From a virus, in IMG/VR virus record IMGVR_UViG_3300010413_000016, positions 10,770-74,769 of that record: a stretch of DNA of 64,000 nucleotides; one strand, 5' to 3'. The notes below the pieces were generated by a model. That model was not told the origin of the DNA and did not search any database. It worked only from the letters and a program-made list of their open reading frames with translations. This document shows, piece after piece, positions 50,897 to 61,209 of the stretch. The translations under genes were made by a program, and so were the position numbers. The first letter of the stretch is position 1; every line of letters starts with the position of its first letter.

Positions 50897-51196
50897 TCAG
50901 TGGTGGAAATCATCATCAAAGAACGCGAACAGATACACCCCTTCTTCCTCGAGATTGTCAGAGTTAAATGCTAATCCCTTTTTGTGGTCACCTTTGTACT
51001 CAACGACAAAGTCTCCCAGCTCTGGATAGTCAACTTTGGGATGCCCAGCTTCTTGCATCAGTTCTACCAATTTGGCTGTGTCTCGTTCACTGATGCATGC
51101 ATCGCCTGTGGACAAACTGAATGCATCGATATCAATTACTTGAGTAACGATATCGAACATCTGTTGTGCCCACTCATTCAGAATCATGCCAGACAT
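50897..51196 (-). CDS. early acidic hypothetical protein
   Basis: Own promoter and SD. Confidence 0.6.
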   Translation of the reverse strand: MSGMILNEWAQQMFDIVTQVIDIDAFSLSTGDACISERDTAKLVELMQEAGHPKVDYPELGDFVVEYKGDHKKGLAFNSDNLEEEGVYLFAFFDDDFHH

Positions 51197-51289
51197 CTCA
51201 TATCTCCTTCCTCAACTGATGATGCTACTATCCCACATCATCACAAGAAGATCAACAACATCCCACTACCATCCCACTTTCGTGGAACA

Positions 51290-51435
51290 AAAAAAGAGGC
51301 CGACATGTGCCAGCCTCGAAAAGGAGGACGCTTGTGGTCCTCAGGGGGAAGAAGTGGTCGGCGGCCAAGAGAGAGGAGAGAGGGCGGCCGCCAACCGGGT
51401 AAACTTTCAAGCTACATCGTTCTCCTCAACCGATG
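51290..51435 (-). ncRNA. candidate small RNA cassette (promoter, SD-ATG-TAG, hairpins, terminator)
   Basis: TTGCAT-17-TATAGT at 51441-51469; start-stop at 51412-51417; CU-loop hairpin 51356-51396; terminator about 51290-51317. Confidence 0.6.
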
Positions 51436-51458
51436 ACTCTACTATACTTTATTCCGTG

Positions 51459-53045
51459 TTAGGATGCAACAGGCTCCACCATGAAAGTTGTCAGCCAGTC
51501 GCATACATCTTCGTGGGTGAGCAGCTCAATACCTTCCTCACCATCGCGAACGTACCAACTACATTCGTGGGCACATAGAGTGCTTGTTCCAACAATGTCA
51601 GTTACACTAAACTCGTTGGCTACCTCGATGAACTGAGGAATCGTCAGTGATGAGCCATCTGAGTCGTTGTAGGCAATATCGCCATCAAGAGTATACTTGT
51701 GTCCATTGCCGAGTGTCGCTGCTCCATAAATGTGCATTTGCTTTCTCCTCTCAATTGATGGGGCCATTATAGCCCCATCCTGAGTTGAAGTCAACGTTAC
51801 ATTGACCAATAGGTCTCTGAAGCAGGAGAGCATGAGTTAGGAGTGTTGATCGGTTCCTGATACTCTTTGCCGCTCATCAGGTTGGTGCGAGTAACCATCT
51901 TCTCGATGTTCTCAGCAAAGTCACGACTGTCAGCAATCGCGTAGTCGTCCTTCGTAGCACCATCGTGGAGCTTACCTTTGTTGTCAAGACGAGTCAGCGC
52001 CGCTTTGGCTGCACGCTCAGTCTTGTAGCTCTCAACCCAACATCCCCACGACTTGCTCGGCGCTTTGAGGATCAGGGTGGTTTCTTTGTGATAGATTACG
52101 TAGCTCATTTTGTTTCTCCTCTCTCAAGTGTTGAAGTAATTATAGCCCAACACCTGAGAGAAGTCAACGGTTAGAGTTTCAACTCTTCTTTCAGCGCATC
52201 ATAGATTGCCTGGCGAAATTCTCGAGTCTCTTCGGAGTACATGTCCTTGATATTCTCGTCGATCCAGTCGGCGATCTCTTCACCATCTTTGATGCCTCCA
52301 TCACTGGCAAGCCACTCGTACGGACTTTCGATTGGGTTCTCGTAGTGGGCCATCATCAGACAGGCAATGTGTTTGGCTGCCTTTGTCATTGTGTTCATTT
52401 ATATCTCCTCATTTGATGAGGAGCGTCGCTCCTCATCAAACTGTTGACAACGTTTACTTTTCGCTGTTTTCGAGATGCTCTTTGTAGTACTCGATGGCAG
52501 CTTCAACGCGATCGTCACCATCGATGCCGTAGATCTTGTAGTCGCCCATCGTGGTGGTGTTCTCATCATTGATATACTCGAACCCACCATAGTACTCGAG
52601 TGAGCGGATATTGTGTGCCTTGGTGATGATCAGCTCGTCATTAAGGTCAACGAACACGTGACCAGCACGTGAGTCAAGGCCGATCTTGTCAGCACGAACG
52701 TATGGAAGATCCTCAATGACGTTGCCAAGCATCTCGTTTGCTTCGTCGATTACGTTCAGTAGTTCCATTGCTTCTCTCCTTTCGTGATTGATGGGGCCAT
52801 TATAGCCCCATCCTGAATTGAAGTCAACGTTCGATGTACTCACCGTTGAGCCAAGCCTGCATTACCTCTACAGTTTGACGTACTTGATCTTCGGTCATTT
52901 GGATGGAAGCAGGAGAACGGTCTCCTGGTACGATACCTTGGTTCAGTTGAAGACAACGACCTGGTGTGATACCACGGAATGAAGTCAACATTACTTCTTG
53001 AACGTTTCCAGTTTCATCGATTGCTGATTTCAGATTGATGCTCAT
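51459..53045 (-). CDS. five early hypothetical genes (51459-51737, 51797-52108, 52171-52398, 52454-52768, 52824-53045)
   Basis: SD-led cassette ORFs; 51797 has a NLMSG...TP..CSPASETYWSM motif seen in T4-type phages. Confidence 0.7.
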
Positions 53046-53058
53046 GATGCATCCTCCC

Positions 53059-53157
53059 TTAGTACCCCATTCCAGTGGCAGTGAACAGGGCGAGTCCAGC
53101 CAGGATGGTCGGAGTGGTGACTACAACTGCTGCGATGATGATTACTTCCTCTTTCAT
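53059..53157 (-). CDS. 32-aa single-TM peptide (MKEEVIIIA...GMGY)
   Basis: Own promoter and GAGAGGAG SD; paralog of 45049. Confidence 0.7.
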   Translation of the reverse strand: MKEEVIIIAAVVVTTPTILAGLALFTATGMGY

Positions 53158-53207
53158 GATGATCTCCTCTCACTATGAGTACATTATTGCTCAACCACAC
53201 CAAGAAG

Positions 53208-55309
53208 TCAACAGTGGTTGGGATCTTGGCCTGAGAGAACACACATGGCAATTGCCGTTGTCTTATTAACGCGTTTGGCATACGATATGAGGTTCTCGAC
53301 AGGAATCGATTCCTCGATATCATCGCTAACCTGCTTGTGGCACATCCCTTCAAGGGAAAGGGAGATCGAGTTGCTGGTGTAGCCATTCTCATGGCAAACA
53401 GCTTTGTCATCACCATACGCCCACGCAACAGCAAGAACGTAGAAGGCAGCGAACATCAGAGTAATCGGTAACAGGTGCTTTTTCATTTCATCTTTCTCCT
53501 CAATTGTTAGAGGAATTATAGCTCAGCCACTCAAAAGAGTCAACAGCTAATTAATCTCAATGTCGAATTCGTGAGCTGCTGAACGGTAGAATGTGTACAC
53601 GTCGCTGGTGCCGACCCCCTCACCTTTAGGAAAGCTCTCAAGACTGCAACAGACTGAGTACATCCGAGTAGATACATCATCATTGTGGATGTCAAGACCA
53701 AGATGGGCAGCGCAGCGATGCATTACACTGAGAACCAGATCAGTCGTATTGAAAGCATTTGCGTTATACTTGCTCATTGTCTTCCCTCTCTCAGATGTCA
53801 GGGTAAGTATAGCTCATCCTTGAGCTAAAGTCAACTACACGTTGAAGTAGACTGCAGTGCGACGACCATTAATATCGACGTATGCATAATCGGCAGTTAC
53901 GTGCTCCCTTACATCTTCTTCGTTGTTCCAATCGATGTTGGCGTTGATCTTGTTGATAGCAAGCTTGACCGCACGGTCGTTGGTTGTCTCATACGCATCG
54001 TAACCAACGTCTTTGTTCGCCTGTTCGATGCCATAGTGGCTTGCAATATAGTAGTTACCTTGGCAACCACACATGCAGCCAACCTTGCCGTTGTATGACT
54101 GCTTGACGTCTTCAAATTTGATCATCTTGGTGCTCTCCTCTCAAATGGTGGCCCTATTATAGGCCACCATTCAGTTGAAGTCAACAGTTGCAAACAGATT
54201 CAGAACTTACTAAACTCATCCGAGTATCGTAAATCCTGGAACGTTGGAAGATTACTACCGTCCCGTCGTTCAAGGTATGCCGCATACTGGCCAGTCCGCT
54301 TTTCTTGGTGCCTTGCCTTGTGACTCTTATTGAGGTATCGTCCCCAGCCCCGTTTCCTGTCCGCTTCACGGACCTCACGAGTCTGTCCACATCCACAAGC
54401 ACACTTTATTGTCACCATCTTTGCCATCGTAGAGTCCTCACCCGTCAATCTCATCAATGTTCATATCGTTACCACTCCTGCTATGCGAAAGTGCCTAGCT
54501 CAACTTTCCAGTCTGTATGTGAAAATCCACTTGGGAAAATGCGTTCGATCTCTGCAGTAATCTCTTTTGCAGAACTACTAACGTTAATGTACATTCCATC
54601 TCCAGGGCGCCTTACTTCTTCTCCTCGCTGGAAGATTGGGGATTTGCGAACCTTCTCATTGCTCATCGGATTCTGACTGAACATGTATCCTGGAATAAAC
54701 ACTTTGAAGTTGGTAGCTCCTGTAGAAGTAAGAAACGATTTGCTCATCACATGTCTCTCTTTGTGTTAACTGCAATTCCACTATAATCCCATTATAGTCC
54801 CACTTTCGTTAGATGTCAACGTCACTTTACATCAGCTGGACGGAAAGAGAGGGTAGCAGACTGCTACCCTCTCTGGAAACGTGTCAATCTTTGTGTTTTA
54901 AAAAAGCCGTTAGTTGTGTCGTGTCTGTGGTTTGCGTTAAGTGTTACATGTCTACTCACCTCCTAAGAGTTATTTTATTAGGTTCGTTCGTGTGTAAACT
55001 TTGATAAGAATTCCATTCTCCATCAACGGGAGAGATGGGTCAACGTTCTCTCCTTGCGTCCTGATAACTCTGAAGAGTACGAAGACGGGAGAGTAGGGTG
55101 TTAGTAGTATTTCGGAACTGGATGCCAAGTTGTTCCATCATATGGACAGATCGCTCATAAAAGGTCAACAGGCTACGAAGCTCATCGTCGGAGATTGCGT
55201 CACCACGCAGGAAAGCTTCGTTTGCTTCTTTGTTGAGAGACGTCATAACCATCGTGGCATCCTTTGTAAGAATTAGGGATGTCTGATCGGCCCCACTCCA
55301 ATACGCCAT
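53208..55309 (-). CDS. six early hypothetical genes (53208-53486 exported, 53547-53777, 53835-54125, 54200-54427 Cys-rich, 54481-54750, 55040-55309)
   Basis: Cassette organisation; CMCGC and CACGC motifs in two of them. Confidence 0.6.
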
Positions 55310-55423
55310 CAGACTCTCTGAGCCGTTCTACTCAGCCTTACCTCTAGGGATAACTATCCCATACAACTCCTGGCAGATCAACGCAAAAGTTCCACCAATA
55401 GTGGAACTTTTGCCGGGCCAGGT

Positions 55424-55990
55424 TTACGCTTTGGCTTCGGTGGACTCAGTCTGCTCAGCTTTGGCAGCCTTCTCGGCCTCCTTGGCAGCTTTGGCTTCGG
55501 CACGTTCCTTCGCTTTCGCTTCCTTCTCGGCAGCTTTGGCAGCCTTCTCGGCCTCCTTGGCAGCCAGAGCTTCGGCCTTTTCGGTTTCGGCCTTGACCTT
55601 CGCTTCAACAGCGGCCTTTTCAGCGGCAACGATCGCTTTGGTGTCGATGGAGGAAGCTGCCTTGATCTTGCCGTTCAGACCGTCAACGTAGTTCTTGACG
55701 GCAACAGCCGGATCGGTGGCATCGTTCGGGCCAGGCTTCAGGACGTGGGAGGTAACAACGGACAACTCGTTGTCCTTGGTCTCCTTCACGGAGTAAACGG
55801 TGACCAGGTCGCCAGACTCTTTCATGGCGTTGCGGTGCTGTTGGTAGATGGTCATCGCGTAGGCGGAACCGATGTCGAACTTCTCCATCAGAGCGTTGGC
55901 GGCGTCTTTGCGGGAAACCTTACCGGCCATTTTGTCCAGTTCGGCAAAGGCTTGCTGACGTACGGATTGTTTGTCGGTGTTACGTGACAT
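55424..55990 (-). CDS. early protein: AGASTY-like N-domain + A/K/E-rich repeats
   Basis: RKDAANALMEKFDIGSAYAMTIY; AAKEAEKAAKA repeats; biased codon usage; tandem promoters. Confidence 0.8.
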   Translation of the reverse strand: MSRNTDKQSVRQQAFAELDKMAGKVSRKDAANALMEKFDIGSAYAMTIYQQHRNAMKESGDLVTVYSVKETKDNELSVVTSHVLKPGPNDATDPAVAVKNYVDGLNGKIKAASSIDTKAIVAAEKAAVEAKVKAETEKAEALAAKEAEKAAKAAEKEAKAKERAEAKAAKEAEKAAKAEQTESTEAKA

Positions 55991-56139
55991 ATTTTGTTAC
56001 TCCTGTTACAGTTTAAGTTTGGGGTTGTTTACAGGGCTTATTATGCCCGATCTTCGCTCCCAAGTCAACTCCCAATTCAATTCAACTTTGCTGGCGTTTC
56101 CTTAGGGTGAAAATACTTTAACTCAGATACTGACTGAAG

Positions 56140-56430
56140 TCAACATCTGAAATGATTTTTAATTGCCTCAGAAATCAGAGAGTTAGCGGAAGCTCCCAAT
56201 GATTCGATATAAGCGTTAACTGCCTTCGTTGAGTTGATCGGCAATACGCCCTCCATCAGGAATTCCACCGCGTGGGAACTGGTATAGTTGTGGTGGAGAT
56301 CGTCAGCCACCATTGTTGCGATGAATTTGAACGTAGCGTTCCGGACATCCTTGTAGCTGTCGCAACCTTCAACGTTGTCTGCGATCCACTGACTGATATC
56401 GTCGGCGTTGGCAAAGTTCTCATGTGACAT
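56140..56430 (-). CDS. early hypothetical protein
   Basis: Own promoter and SD; start corrected. Confidence 0.6.
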   Translation of the reverse strand: MSHENFANADDISQWIADNVEGCDSYKDVRNATFKFIATMVADDLHHNYTSSHAVEFLMEGVLPINSTKAVNAYIESLGASANSLISEAIKNHFRC

Positions 56431-56484
56431 AGTCTTCTCCTCAAATGACGTGACCACTATAGCTTACGCCATCATATGGGTCAA

Positions 56485-57273
56485 CTAGAGGCTAACGTGA
56501 AAGTTAACAGTAGCACCCTTGTCCTCGAGTGTGGGTTGGATTGTCATAAACCATTTTGACTCTGGTTCAAAGAATGTATCGTACATCACGAGTCCGATGA
56601 AATTCCCCAGCGCCGCTCCAGCAAACTGGTCACTGAAGTGGTGGAGGCCTGATTCAATTCTGCCGTATGATGAGACAGCTGCCAAGTAATATGATCCAGC
56701 AATTGTCGAGTACTTTGCAACATCATTCATGTTGCTGTACTCTAGATTTCGTCGGATGAGGGCAGCTCGAGTAAACGCTGGTGTGGAGTGTCCGGATGGG
56801 AACGCTTCATACTCAACGTGACGAATTGTTCGATCAGGCTCTCGTCGACGGATGGCAACCTTCAGCTCGTTTGTCACCCAGTTGGACGTGTCGATGATTA
56901 CAACTTCACCAAGTATGCCCTTAGCCTTCGACGATATGCTTCCATTTGTAATTAGTGTAGATGCTATCCACGCATCAGTCAGCACATTCAGAGCATTATC
57001 ACTTGTCATAGCAGCATCGTGCTTGCTGCCATACACCCAGTTGTCTCTGAGAGCCGCTTGCGTCCACTCTTCATCTTTACCGGATGCTAGTGCAACAGCT
57101 GCCCCTGCTGCTGGAATCCACGTTCCAGGATCTTTCAAAGCTCGAACAGACGCATGCTTGAACTTCTCCCACGTTGGTGTAAGGTGGATACTCCCTCCCC
57201 AGTTTGTTTTGTGAGGAGAGGAAGCACAGCCAGTTAGCAAAACAATGATACTGATCAAGATGACTCTTAGCAT
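56485..57273 (-). CDS. PAP2-family phosphatase lipoprotein
   Basis: Lipobox LLTGC; K...RREP, FPSGH and GRIxxGLHHFSD motifs. Confidence 0.85.
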   Translation of the reverse strand: MLRVILISIIVLLTGCASSPHKTNWGGSIHLTPTWEKFKHASVRALKDPGTWIPAAGAAVALASGKDEEWTQAALRDNWVYGSKHDAAMTSDNALNVLTDAWIASTLITNGSISSKAKGILGEVVIIDTSNWVTNELKVAIRRREPDRTIRHVEYEAFPSGHSTPAFTRAALIRRNLEYSNMNDVAKYSTIAGSYYLAAVSSYGRIESGLHHFSDQFAGAALGNFIGLVMYDTFFEPESKWFMTIQPTLEDKGATVNFHVSL

Positions 57274-57473
57274 ATGTACATCCCTGTCAGATGGAATTAA
57301 GCGTGTTTTGCTTGCTCAAGGAGCTCAAGTTGGCGATACAACTCATCAAGATCAAAATTAAGTTCTTCGATCTCACCTTCGTTGTTCTCACCAGCTTCAC
57401 TCCGTGCAAACGCATCCTCAAGAGCTTCCTCAGTCTGGCGAATTTTATCTCTTGTGATTTTCTCGCTGTCCAT

Positions 57474-58016
57474 TTACCACGCCCCTTTTGCAAAGTTCTT
57501 TTTACAGTTGGCAACATAAGTAGAAGCACCAGCTGGAGTCATACCAATCTCGTCAACAAAACGTTGAATGGCATCTTTGCGAGAAGGGAACTTTCCGTTG
57601 TTCTCATCGACCATCTTTTTATACAATTCGATGGCCATTTCCTTTTTGGCACCCTTCTTTTTCTTGGGATTACCAGCTGCATCCAACTTGACGGGTTTAT
57701 CCTCTCGACTTCCCAACATCCAGGGATTTTTCTTGAGGTGAGTGTTGGCCTTTTCGGTTGCCAGTTCGAAAAGCTCGTCCATGTCAACGGTACCATTTTT
57801 CAAGTTCTGACGAACAGTCTCTTGAACGAGATACAGATAGTGCCAACGGATCGTTTCGTCGGTAGCGTCAGTATCATGACCAGACAACTCTTTGATGCGA
57901 TCACGATACAGTTCAGGAAGAACTTCACCTTCCACCTCATTCAGGTACTTGACTGCAGCCGTGAAGCTGTGAGTAGGAATGTCGTAATTCTGTAGAGTTT
58001 CGATTGCCTGATTCAT
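57474..58016 (-). CDS. early protein with C-terminal AGASTY domain
   Basis: PSRKDAIQRFVDEIGMTPAGASTY; start corrected. Confidence 0.8.
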   Translation of the reverse strand: MNQAIETLQNYDIPTHSFTAAVKYLNEVEGEVLPELYRDRIKELSGHDTDATDETIRWHYLYLVQETVRQNLKNGTVDMDELFELATEKANTHLKKNPWMLGSREDKPVKLDAAGNPKKKKGAKKEMAIELYKKMVDENNGKFPSRKDAIQRFVDEIGMTPAGASTYVANCKKNFAKGAW

Positions 58017-58088
58017 GATCTGTCTCCTCTCAATTGTTGAAGCTATTATCGCTCCGTCTTGAGTTGAAGTCAACTTATTTCTCGAAAG

Positions 58089-60373
58089 TTACCGTAGTTC
58101 CTTAATCCTTGCAATCAACTTATTGAGATTGTCTGCTGTATCCTGATAGTAGACAACGCCAGTCAACTGATCGGGTGTAGTGGGATTATCGTAAAGAGCC
58201 TGACATAGCTGGAACCCAGTCTGAGACCCAACCTGAACGTGCAAATGAGACCCGAGAATTGTTATCTCGCCATCAGCCATATCATCCTCATACCCAGAGA
58301 TGACAGCAGGGATATGGTTGGTTGTCAGGATATCCAACATTTGTTGTTCGTTCATAATCTGTCTCCTCTCAACTGATGAGTCTAGTATAGCAGCATCGTT
58401 CAAAGATGTCGACAATTATTTTGTGAACACCTCAAGATCAATGTCGTCGTTGATGCTGAACTCAAACTCACCAACATGTTCACGACCCTGTTGAGTCATC
58501 ACCCACACCACCCCATTTTCACATAATATAATGTTCAGTACTGTTTCACCATTGTACTTAATATGGGCATTTTCGGCAGCATACGTGACAGAGTCCTCAT
58601 CATCATAATCTTTGACAAGGATCCCATCTTCGATCAGTTGTTGTAATTTACCCATTTTTGCCTCTCAACAGCAATCTCATTCAGTTGACGATGATACTTT
58701 GTAAGACGACTATACCCTTTATCGTCCTTCTTTGTCCACCTTTCAATCTGCCATGCAGCAAGATAGCCGTTCTTTTTCCAGAACTTGGCAGTGAGAGAAC
58801 CACTTCGAGCATCAGCTCCTGTAAAGCCGATGCCGTTGTGAACTTCAGTGGTGAGGTGGGTTTGTTCTTCGGCAGTCTGCCGTGCAAGAAGACTGGAGAG
58901 AGCACGACCAACAACAGCCTCCACGTACTTCGGATTCGGATTGTCCAGCATTTGCTGAAGTGAATCTTTGGTGACGATCTTTGCTTGTTTGGCCATGTCT
59001 CTCTCCTCTCAAGTGATGGGGCCATCATAGCCCCATCGTAAGTTAAGGTCAACTCATTCAACAGTCACATCGTAATCGAAGTCAGGATGGCGCGACAAAG
59101 AGTAGAACTTGAAATAATGCCCAAGCTCATGGCATTTGTGAAAGAGTAATCTCCAACACCATTCTCCGAGATCATCCGCCACTGGTTCTTCAATATTGAA
59201 CGAGCCGACGGTAATGAACTTCAGAGGAGGAACCGTTACAGCTGGGTCATATATCTGAACACGGCATTTCTTCGTGGTTGTTTCCATATAGCATCTCCTC
59301 TCAAATAATAGAGATATTATTGCACATCCATGTGTAAGAGTCAACTATAATTACGTCTAAATGCCCACCCTTTTCCACCCTGCCATGTACCAGCGTGAAC
59401 ACCATTCTTATAGTAGAGTGTCATTTTGACTGGAGCTCCATCACCGTACGCTTCTTCAGTATATGGGCACGCAGTGATACCTTCAGCACCAATAGATTCA
59501 ACAAGACGTTGTTCGAATGCGCCTTTAGTCATTCGTTGCGTAAATAGCAAATCTGACATAGTAGTTCTCCTCAATTGATGGGGCTATAATAGCCCCATCA
59601 AAAGAGAAAGTCAATGGAAATTACTCACCCATCGCCTGTTTCAGGAGATCGTCAATCTCCTTAGTTTTGTCGATATCAGGTCCTGTGCAGAGATACGGTT
59701 CCAGATGAGGGACAACCTTGACGATTGACTCTACCGTACGACAGGTACGGATAGTGTTGAACGTTTCATCTGCCAAACGAAATGCATCGTTGGTGATGTT
59801 GGTATCTGTTTGGTTCAACATCTTTTGGGTAGTACAGTCGGTTGGAATGTAAGCATCCAGGTCAACATGAAGGTAATCTTCCTGACCATCATCTTCACTC
59901 CAATCGCACGCAGATGTTTTATCTTCATCATCGGAGATGACGATTTGAACGAAAGGAAACGGAAGCTTGAAAGTGAAGTTGTCAACCTTCATCAGTTCGT
60001 CCCACATGCCCGCCAACTTCCGAATAACATGGGTCCTGATGTCGGTTTCGTCACCGAAGTAACCGAACTTCGGTTGAAAAAATCCAGGATCCTTCACACC
60101 TTCGACAGTTTTGAATTTTTTTGCACTCACGGTGTCATCACCGTGCCAACTCAGCTGCAAGGCCACACGGCGAATAGGACCATCAGCAGCCAAAAAAGAA
60201 TCGACCATCGCGCGACACTGATCGGAGTAGGTTTTATCAAACACCTCCCCCGCAACCTCGTTCCAATGAGAGATAACAGTTTCGTGGAGGTTGTTGAGGC
60301 GATTCTCTACCACGTCGGCAACAAAAGTGGCCACCGCATAACGCTTATCATTCATGTTAACAGTACTGGCCAT
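58089..60373 (-). CDS. six early hypothetical genes (58089-58355, 58416-58655, 58634-58996, 59054-59287, 59341-59559, 59621-60373)
   Basis: SD-led cassette ORFs, most with their own promoter. Confidence 0.65.
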
Positions 60374-60448
60374 GATATTTCTCTCCGTTGTTGTTTAAGG
60401 ACAGGTTCATTATAGTTTAGGACACAGTTGAAGACAACACCAGAAAAC

Positions 60449-60477
60449 AAAAAGCCCCTCACGAGGAGGGGCTTTTT
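60449..60477. terminator. bidirectional intrinsic terminator
   Basis: AAAAAGCCCCTC...GAGGGGCTTTTT. Confidence 0.85.
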
Positions 60478-60492
60478 GGAGTGGTTGCTGCC

Positions 60493-60744
60493 TTACTTGG
60501 AGGCAGTGGCAGGGTTGGCCTTCGGCGTGGGCATCTCCCAACCTTTCTTGCCAGAAACGATGTTCTGGTAATAGGTGGCAGCGCCGTTGCTAGTCAGACC
60601 CGTCTTCGCGACCATCTCGTCGATGATCTCTTTGCGAGTGGCCGGAGTCTTGCGACGAGTCATGCGGGCAACGATGCCGATGGCCTGCTTCTTGGCAGAG
60701 GTGGGCTTCTTGGTGCTGGTGGCCTTGGTGGTTTTGGTAGCCAT
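60493..60744 (-). CDS. small basic stand-alone AGASTY-domain protein with histone-like K/T/A N-tail
   Basis: PATRKEIIDEMVAKTGLTSNGAATYY; three stacked promoters upstream. Confidence 0.8.
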   Translation of the reverse strand: MATKTTKATSTKKPTSAKKQAIGIVARMTRRKTPATRKEIIDEMVAKTGLTSNGAATYYQNIVSGKKGWEMPTPKANPATASK

Positions 60745-60987
60745 GTTGTATCACTCCTATGTGATTGACGTTTTGTTTAACTTCAGGTTCATGTTAACCT
60801 AATTTCAAACTTCAGTCAACACGTTTTGTTAACTTTTTGTTCCAGGCTTAGGCTTGTCCTGTTACCGCTTAACTGAGACCCACTATACTAAATGTCTGCT
60901 TTGGGGTCAACACTTGTTTCAAACTTCCGTTGGCGTCTTGCTTAACCAATGACTCCACCTTATATTAAAAGGGGGATGAAGTCAACA

Positions 60988-61209
60988 CTACTCAGGATCT
61001 TTATCGTCGCGGCCGAGCAGTTCGTTGAGGCACTTGCGATAATGAGCGAGATCACCAACATCTGCCCAACTGATCGACTTGGGGGAATCCTCCAGACGAT
61101 GTTCACACAGACTAATCAACTCTGCAACATCGTTAAGTTGTTGACGGATAACGTTAAGATTCTTACGAGCGCGTTGTTGAGCGGTTTCGCGAAAAATTGT
61201 CTTAGCCAT
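60988..61209 (-). CDS. early hypothetical protein
   Basis: Last leftward cassette; start corrected. Confidence 0.65.
   Translation of the reverse strand: MAKTIFRETAQQRARKNLNVIRQQLNDVAELISLCEHRLEDSPKSISWADVGDLAHYRKCLNELLGRDDKDPE

Noticed and set aside
46425-51396. CsrA/RsmA-sponge reading of the GGA-containing loops
   Set aside because: The GGA loops are on the plus strand, but all promoters here fire leftward, so the RNA loops are C/U-rich.
47850-59615. CRISPR array interpretation of the palindromic repeats
   Set aside because: The spacers are whole genes of 100-800 bp, the repeats are promoters, and no cas genes are present.
57291-60415. Long plus-strand ORFs 57291-57995 and 59810-60415 (also 24442-25029 on the minus strand)
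   Set aside because: They are antisense shadows of well-supported genes and have no SD or promoter.
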